64,000 bases of DNA from Bacilli bacterium (lineage in GTDB: Bacteria > Bacillota_I > Bacilli_A > RFN20 > CAG-826), in the NCBI GenBank assembly GCA_028705995.1, contig JAQWCH010000002.1, positions 22,398 to 86,397 of the forward strand, written 5' to 3'. The translations under genes were made by a program, and so were the position numbers. The first letter of the stretch is position 1. Every line of letters begins with the position of its first letter. Positions 58,821 through 64,000 of this stretch are shown here, in pieces. The notes below the pieces were generated by a model. That model saw nothing but the letters and a program-made list of their open reading frames with translations. It was not told the DNA's origin and did no database searches.

Positions 58821-61438
58821 TAATCAATCAATTCCTTAATAATCTTATTGATTTCGTTAATATCCGGCTTTACTTTACCAGCACCATTGGCAAAATCTAC
58901 TCGTCCACCGCCAGAGCCGAGCATTTTTTTGGCGATAGTTTGTACGATTTGACCAGCTTTAATACCTTGTTTGAGTGCTTTGGGACCGACACTTGCCACG
59001 ATCGGGTAACTGTCTAGGCTTTCTTGACCAATTAAAACAATCACACCATCATCATTTTTTGCTTTTAGCACATCGATTAAACCGATTAGTGCTGAGCGCG
59101 CTAATTTTGGTAGATAATTCACTAATAAATGCACGCCATCATAAACAACAAATTGTTCAGCTAGTGTTTCTGCTTCGGCAGCTGCTAATTTATCGGCAAG
59201 TGAACGATTGAGCTCTTTTAAACGTTGTTTTTCGTTTTCAAGTGTTTTTAAAGTTGTTAAGATTTCTACGTAAGATCCTGCACCAAGAATTTCTTTTGTA
59301 TCAAACAAGATTTTTTCCCGTTCTTTCAACAAATTATAGGCACCCAACGATGTCTTCGCTTGAATACGCCGGATACCACTCGCAATCGAGCGTTCGAATT
59401 CAATCACAAAAACACCAATGTCTTCACTGTTAGCAACGTGCGTACCACCACAAAATTCCGACGAAAAGTTGCCAAATTCAACCACACGAACAGTGGCACC
59501 ATATTTTTCATCAAATAATGACTTTGCACCCCGCTTCTTGGCTTCGGCAAGTGGGAGTAACAAAGTTGTATTTACTAGACCATTGGCGATTTGTTGATTT
59601 ACGCGGCGCTCAATCTCATTAATTTGTTCAATTGTTAAGGCTTGAGCATAATTAAAGTCAAAGCGTAAGTGATCACTATCAACCGATGATCCTTGTTGAT
59701 GAACTTCATCACCAAGAACATCTGCGAGCACTTGATCAAGTAAATGCGTCGCACTGTGATTGCGCATGGTCAATAAACGCGTTGGAACATCAATCTGTGA
59801 TGTAATTTCATCACCAAGGCTAATTGTCCCAAAGTTTAGTGTTACCACGTGTAGATGCTGTCCATTCGGGGCTTTTTGCACATCAGTGACTTCAGCTTCA
59901 CATTTTTTACTTGTAAGGAAACCTCGATCAGCTACTTGTCCACCCGATTCGGCATAAAAGTTTGTTGTCGCAAGTATAACTTCACCATAATCTTCAATCT
60001 CTTCAACTTTTTGGCCGTCGCGGAAGAGGGCGACAACCTTGCTGACTAGTGGTGCGGTTGAAGAATAATCAAACACACTTGGAATATGGCATTCCATTAA
60101 ATCAACCGATTGATTTGCCATCGATTGGGCATCTTTACGGGCCGACCGTGCCCGCTCGCGTTGCTTTTCAAGTAGGGCATTAAAACCGCTGCGATCAATG
60201 GAAACACCATTTTCTTCAGCGATTTCTGCAGTTAACTCAAATGGAAACCCATAGGTATCATAAAGTTTAAATGTCGCTTCAGCACTCAGCTTGGCTGGCT
60301 GATCAACAAGCATTTTTTCAAGTTGCTTTTCACCACTCGTAAGTGTCTTTAAAAATTTTTCTTCTTCCGCTAATATTTTTTTCGCGATATTATCTTCTTT
60401 TTCATCAAGATACGGATAGAAATCATCCATGATTCTAATAACCGTGGGTACTAGTAAATATAAGAAAGGTTGATAAATACCAATTTTACGGCCGTAACGC
60501 ATCGCCCGGCGCAAAAGCCGGCGTAAGACATAGCCCCGTCCTTCATTGGAGAAATTTGCTCCATCGGCAAGTGCAAACGTACAAGTACGGATGTGGTCAG
60601 CAATTACGCGATATGCCATTAAGTTAACACCTTCATAAGCGACTTTGCTAATGTCATGCGTTGCTTTAATTAGTGGATAAAATAAATCGGTTTCAAAATT
60701 TGTCGGTGTTTGTTGGAGCACACAAGCAATGCGTTCAAGTCCCGCGCCGGTATCAATGTTTTTATATGGCAATTCCGCATAATCGGCCCGCGCAACACCT
60801 TCAACCCCATTATATTGGGAAAAAACGATGCCCCAAATCTCGACGTAACGATCATTATCAAGTTCTTCTTCGAGCAAACGCAAACCGCGATTATCTGGAT
60901 CAAACGCGGGACCCCGATCAAAAAACACCTCAGTGTTAGGACCACAAGGACCCGTGCCAATTTGCCAGAAATTACCTTCTAAAGGAATTAAATGATCTGC
61001 TTTTACACCACATTTTAACCACAAGTTACGTGTATCTAAATCGGTTGGTAAGTATGTAAAATACAACTTATCAACTGGCATCGCAAAATACTTTGGACTT
61101 GTTAAGATTTCAAACGCCCACGGAATCGCGCTTTCACGGAAATAATCGCCAATGGAAAAGTTGCCGAGCATTTCAAAAAATGTATGATGTCGAGCGGTTT
61201 TACCAACATTGTCGATATCGTTTGTCCGAATCGATTTTTGCACATTTGTAATGCGGCGATTTGGTGGGGTTACCGAGCCATCAAAATATTTTTTTAATGC
61301 GGCAACGCCAGAGTTAATCCATAGTAGTGTTGGATCATTATGCGGAACAAGCGATGCGCCGGGCTCGATGCTATGGCCGCGTTCGGAAAAGAAGCGTAAC
61401 CAAGTAGCACGAATTTCATTTGCCGATAGTTTTTTCAT
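58820..61438 (-). CDS. alaS: Alanine-tRNA ligase
   Basis: DPTLLWINSG, RHHTFFEMLGNFS.GDYF, IDTGAGLER, NHSATHLL, EFCGGTHV, GGGR; ATG at 61438 has a GGAGG RBS. Confidence 0.97.
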   Translation of the reverse strand: MKKLSANEIRATWLRFFSERGHSIEPGASLVPHNDPTLLWINSGVAALKKYFDGSVTPPNRRITNVQKSIRTNDIDNVGKTARHHTFFEMLGNFSIGDYFRESAIPWAFEILTSPKYFAMPVDKLYFTYLPTDLDTRNLWLKCGVKADHLIPLEGNFWQIGTGPCGPNTEVFFDRGPAFDPDNRGLRLLEEELDNDRYVEIWGIVFSQYNGVEGVARADYAELPYKNIDTGAGLERIACVLQQTPTNFETDLFYPLIKATHDISKVAYEGVNLMAYRVIADHIRTCTFALADGANFSNEGRGYVLRRLLRRAMRYGRKIGIYQPFLYLLVPTVIRIMDDFYPYLDEKEDNIAKKILAEEEKFLKTLTSGEKQLEKMLVDQPAKLSAEATFKLYDTYGFPFELTAEIAEENGVSIDRSGFNALLEKQRERARSARKDAQSMANQSVDLMECHIPSVFDYSSTAPLVSKVVALFRDGQKVEEIEDYGEVILATTNFYAESGGQVADRGFLTSKKCEAEVTDVQKAPNGQHLHVVTLNFGTISLGDEITSQIDVPTRLLTMRNHSATHLLDQVLADVLGDEVHQQGSSVDSDHLRFDFNYAQALTIEQINEIERRVNQQIANGLVNTTLLLPLAEAKKRGAKSLFDEKYGATVRVVEFGNFSSEFCGGTHVANSEDIGVFVIEFERSIASGIRRIQAKTSLGAYNLLKEREKILFDTKEILGAGSYVEILTTLKTLENEKQRLKELNRSLADKLAAAEAETLAEQFVVYDGVHLLVNYLPKLARSALIGLIDVLKAKNDDGVIVLIGQESLDSYPIVASVGPKALKQGIKAGQIVQTIAKKMLGSGGGRVDFANGAGKVKPDINEINKIIKELID

Positions 61439-61451
61439 AAATCCTCCAAGA

Positions 61452-61660
61452 AAATAAAAAAGGTACGACGCTAAGGAACGAAGATCTCGCGGTACCATCC
61501 TTATTCATTGTCATAAACAATGCCCTTTATTCACCGTTAACGCCGGAAACGGGAACGATTAATTCCACTATCGAGGGGCTTCTTTACGACAACTAAACGG
61601 TTCCATCAACCCCGTTCTTTCTATCAATTATCGGTCAAGTTTGTCTCGAATACGTTTTGC
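61452..61660 (-). ncRNA. T-box riboswitch leader of alaS (Ala GCC specifier)
   Basis: Antiterminator AAGGA-TGGTACC-GCGAG...TTCGT-TCCTT; stem I AG and GNTG motifs; GAA-GCC specifier (61577-61579); TGCTATAAT promoter at 61667-61675. Confidence 0.88.
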
Positions 61661-61703
61661 ACACGTATTATAGCATTATTTTACAAATTTTGACTACTTC
61701 TTA

Positions 61704-62822
61704 TCATTTGATTGCCTTAACGATGATGCCGCCACCAAGACAAATATCATCTTGATAAAGCACCGCAGCCTGGCCAGGTGTAATTGCTTTAACGGGATGC
61801 ACAAAGCTTAATGTGATGTGCTCATCATCTAAAGCGCTCACTTGCACCAACTGATCCTCTTGGCGATAGCGAAATTTGGCTTGGTAAATTTTACCAACTT
61901 GTGGTGGTTCACTAATCCAATTTAACTGGTTAATAATTACGCCTTGCGAAGACAAATAATCATTGTCTTCACCACTAGCGACGTAGAGAACGTTTTTGCC
62001 AACGTCTTTATCCACAACAAACCATCCTTGATCGTGATGACCGGGTATTCCACCGATTCCAAGCCCTTTTCGTTGTCCAATTGTATAGTAAAGAACGCCA
62101 TCATGTTGACCGAGCACTTTTTGGGTCGTAATATCGACAATTGCTCCTTGATGAGCTGGTAAATAATTTTGTAAGAACGCTTTAAAATGCCGTTCCCCGA
62201 TAAAACAAATTCCTGTGGAATCTTTTTTATTCATTACACTTGTTAGTTGTAATTGCTGGGCAATTGCCCGCACTTGTGCTTTATTGATGTTGCCAAGTGG
62301 AAATAAACAAGAGGCGAGTTGTTCTTGCGCGATTTGCGAAAGAAAATAGCTTTGATCTTTATTGTGATCATCCGCCTTTAATAAATAGAAAAGCCCATTT
62401 TTCTCGATTTTTTTCGCATAATGCCCCATTGCAATCAAATCAAAACCATTTTGTTTAGCATAATCAAGGAAAGCCGAAAACTTAATATATTTGTTGCAAA
62501 AAATATCCGGATTCGGCGTGCGACCCGCTCGGTATTCAGCGAGTGCATACTGAAATACATCGCGCCAATATTCTTCAACAAAATCAACACGGAGTAAAGG
62601 AATCGCTAATTTTTCCGCCACTAATTTCGCATCGTCATAATCTTTCTCTTGTGGACACTGTGGATCATCAAGTGTTGGATTACCTAAAACGTCATCATTG
62701 GCCATCGCATCCCAATTACGCATAAAACAGCCGGTTACTTCATAACCTGCTTCTTTTAATAAATAAGCACTGACCGCGGAGTCAACACCACCCGATAAGC
62801 CGAGTAATACTTTTTTAGCCAT
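61704..62822 (-). CDS. mnmA: tRNA 2-thiouridylase MnmA
   Basis: SGGVDSAV, FMRNWD, TPNPDIFCN, GHYA, KDQSYFL, DSTGICFIG, TPGQ. Confidence 0.96.
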   Translation of the reverse strand: MAKKVLLGLSGGVDSAVSAYLLKEAGYEVTGCFMRNWDAMANDDVLGNPTLDDPQCPQEKDYDDAKLVAEKLAIPLLRVDFVEEYWRDVFQYALAEYRAGRTPNPDIFCNKYIKFSAFLDYAKQNGFDLIAMGHYAKKIEKNGLFYLLKADDHNKDQSYFLSQIAQEQLASCLFPLGNINKAQVRAIAQQLQLTSVMNKKDSTGICFIGERHFKAFLQNYLPAHQGAIVDITTQKVLGQHDGVLYYTIGQRKGLGIGGIPGHHDQGWFVVDKDVGKNVLYVASGEDNDYLSSQGVIINQLNWISEPPQVGKIYQAKFRYRQEDQLVQVSALDDEHITLSFVHPVKAITPGQAAVLYQDDICLGGGIIVKAIK

Positions 62823-63267
62823 AAATTTCCTTGCTATCGAGTAATAATGTAAATGGGCCATCGTTAATTAATTCAACTTGCATAGCTTTTCCAAAAACAC
62901 CGGTTGCAATTTTACCGTGTGCTTTTTCCAGCGTTCGATTAAATTCTTCAAATAATTTTAGCGCATCTTGTCCATTTAATGCTTTGGTAAAAGATGGGCG
63001 ACGACCATTACTGACATCACCATATAAGGTAAATTGTGATACCGATAGAATTTCACCTTGAACATCATCAAGCGCTTTATTGGTCGCACCCTTTGCATCA
63101 GGAAATAACCTTAACGCTAAAACTTTTTGGGCCATCTTTTCAACTAATTGTTCTTCATCACCCAAGGTGAAACCGACAAAAAGCAAAAAGCCACGACCGA
63201 TTTGCCCGACAACTTCTTCATTCACAATCACACGTGCTTTTTGCACGACTTGCACAAGTATCCGCAT
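62815..63267 (-). CDS. dtd: D-aminoacyl-tRNA deacylase
   Basis: SQFTL, GRRPSF, G.FG..M.V.L.NDGPFT. Confidence 0.95.
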   Translation of the reverse strand: MRILVQVVQKARVIVNEEVVGQIGRGFLLFVGFTLGDEEQLVEKMAQKVLALRLFPDAKGATNKALDDVQGEILSVSQFTLYGDVSNGRRPSFTKALNGQDALKLFEEFNRTLEKAHGKIATGVFGKAMQVELINDGPFTLLLDSKEIYG

Positions 63268-63332
63268 GCTATTTATATTATAATATTTATTAACCTAGTT
63301 TAAGCAATTTAATCACATGGGGGAAATTTATC

Positions 63333-64000
63333 ATGTTAGCACCTTTAGCTTATCGTATGCGGCCCAAATCACTAGATGATGTGATTGGTCAAGTTCATCT
63401 TGTTGGCGATGATGGGTTTTTAACCAATGCGATTAAAAATCAATTATTAGTATCAATTATCTTTTATGGTCCAAGTGGCGCAGGAAAAACAACAATTGCC
63501 GAAGCATTTGCCACCGCTTTAAATGTCCATTATCGTAGTTTAAACGCGGTTACCGCTAGTAAAAAAGATTTAGAACAAGTTATTCAGGAAGCTGCAATTT
63601 TCCAACCACTTGTCTTAATTCTTGATGAAGTTCATCGTTTAACTAAAGATAAACAAGACTTTTTGCTGCCACACATTGAAGATGGCACGCTCTATTTACT
63701 CGGTGCAACAACAGCAAATCCCTATTTAGCAATTAATCCCGCCATGCGTTCACGTTGTCATCTTCTTGAAGTTGTATCGCTATCGATTGAAGAAATTTCG
63801 CTTGGCATTGAACGCGCTTTAAACGCTGCGCACGGTTTAGGTGGGAAGATGCGAATGAGCGAAAGCGCCCGTAAACTATTGGCAACAGCATCTGCCGGTG
63901 ATATGCGCTTTGCTTTAAATTTTCTGGAAGTTTTATCGTTAACGAATAAAACAAATATCGATATTGATGATTTGCAAGCGATTAGTCGCGTGCCGAACTT
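63333..64000 (+). CDS. rarA: Replication-associated recombination protein A (RarA/MgsA), truncated by the window edge (not in ORF track)
   Basis: Translated by hand: MLAPLAYRMRPKSLDDVIGQ...ILYGPSGAGKTT...LDEVHR..KDKQD.LLP..E...GATT.NP. Confidence 0.92.
   Translation, partial: MLAPLAYRMRPKSLDDVIGQVHLVGDDGFLTNAIKNQLLVSIIFYGPSGAGKTTIAEAFATALNVHYRSLNAVTASKKDLEQVIQEAAIFQPLVLILDEVHRLTKDKQDFLLPHIEDGTLYLLGATTANPYLAINPAMRSRCHLLEVVSLSIEEISLGIERALNAAHGLGGKMRMSESARKLLATASAGDMRFALNFLEVLSLTNKTNIDIDDLQAISRVPN

Noticed and set aside
63733..63954. 73-aa minus-strand ORF
   Set aside because: Shadow of rarA, which runs on the + strand off the window edge

Overview
AT-rich, gene-dense chromosomal segment using standard code 11 (TGA is a stop, Trp is TGG). 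It comes from a reduced-genome, low-GC Firmicute; a Bacilli lineage near Erysipelotrichales/Mollicutes is inferred from the Bacillus-like gene order with deletions, a NadD-YqeK fusion and a single-subunit GlyRS. The window appears to span the replication terminus: a XerC/D dif site lies at 1642-1669, exactly where + strand genes (left) meet a ~60 kb run of mostly - strand genes. That run is mainly housekeeping: yqeG-yqeH-yhbY-nadD/yqeK-rsfS, parE-parC, plsY, efp, rpmG, ispG, ispH, nfo, cshB, ybeY-cdd-era-recO, glyQS-dnaG-rpoD-trmK, rpsU, deoC, rpmF, mtaB, hrcA-grpE-dnaK-dnaJ with two CIRCE boxes, hemW, lepA, fmt, a 4-gene nucleotide-sugar cluster, rpsT, comEA-comEC-holA, greA, a chromate-transporter pair, T-box-alaS-ruvX, mnmA, dtd and a partial rarA. 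rpmG, rpsU and rarA were missing from the ORF track and were read by hand. I saw no rRNA, tRNA, CRISPR array or transposase. The most notable observation is one bipartite non-sigmaA motif, (G/A)ATAC-N17-ACTAT(T/C)TA, with identical spacing upstream of three unlinked genes: comEA-comEC, an antitoxin-less MazF/PemK-like gene beside dif, and a C39 peptidase-membrane protein with no ATPase domain. This suggests an uncharacterised competence-linked regulon (inference). Other oddities are an EF-P with Met at the normally modified Lys, a degenerate Fic protein in the hemW operon, a non-canonical T-box off-state, and a greA terminator that contains the comEA ribosome-binding site. All protein calls come from motif recognition by eye; no database searches were run.
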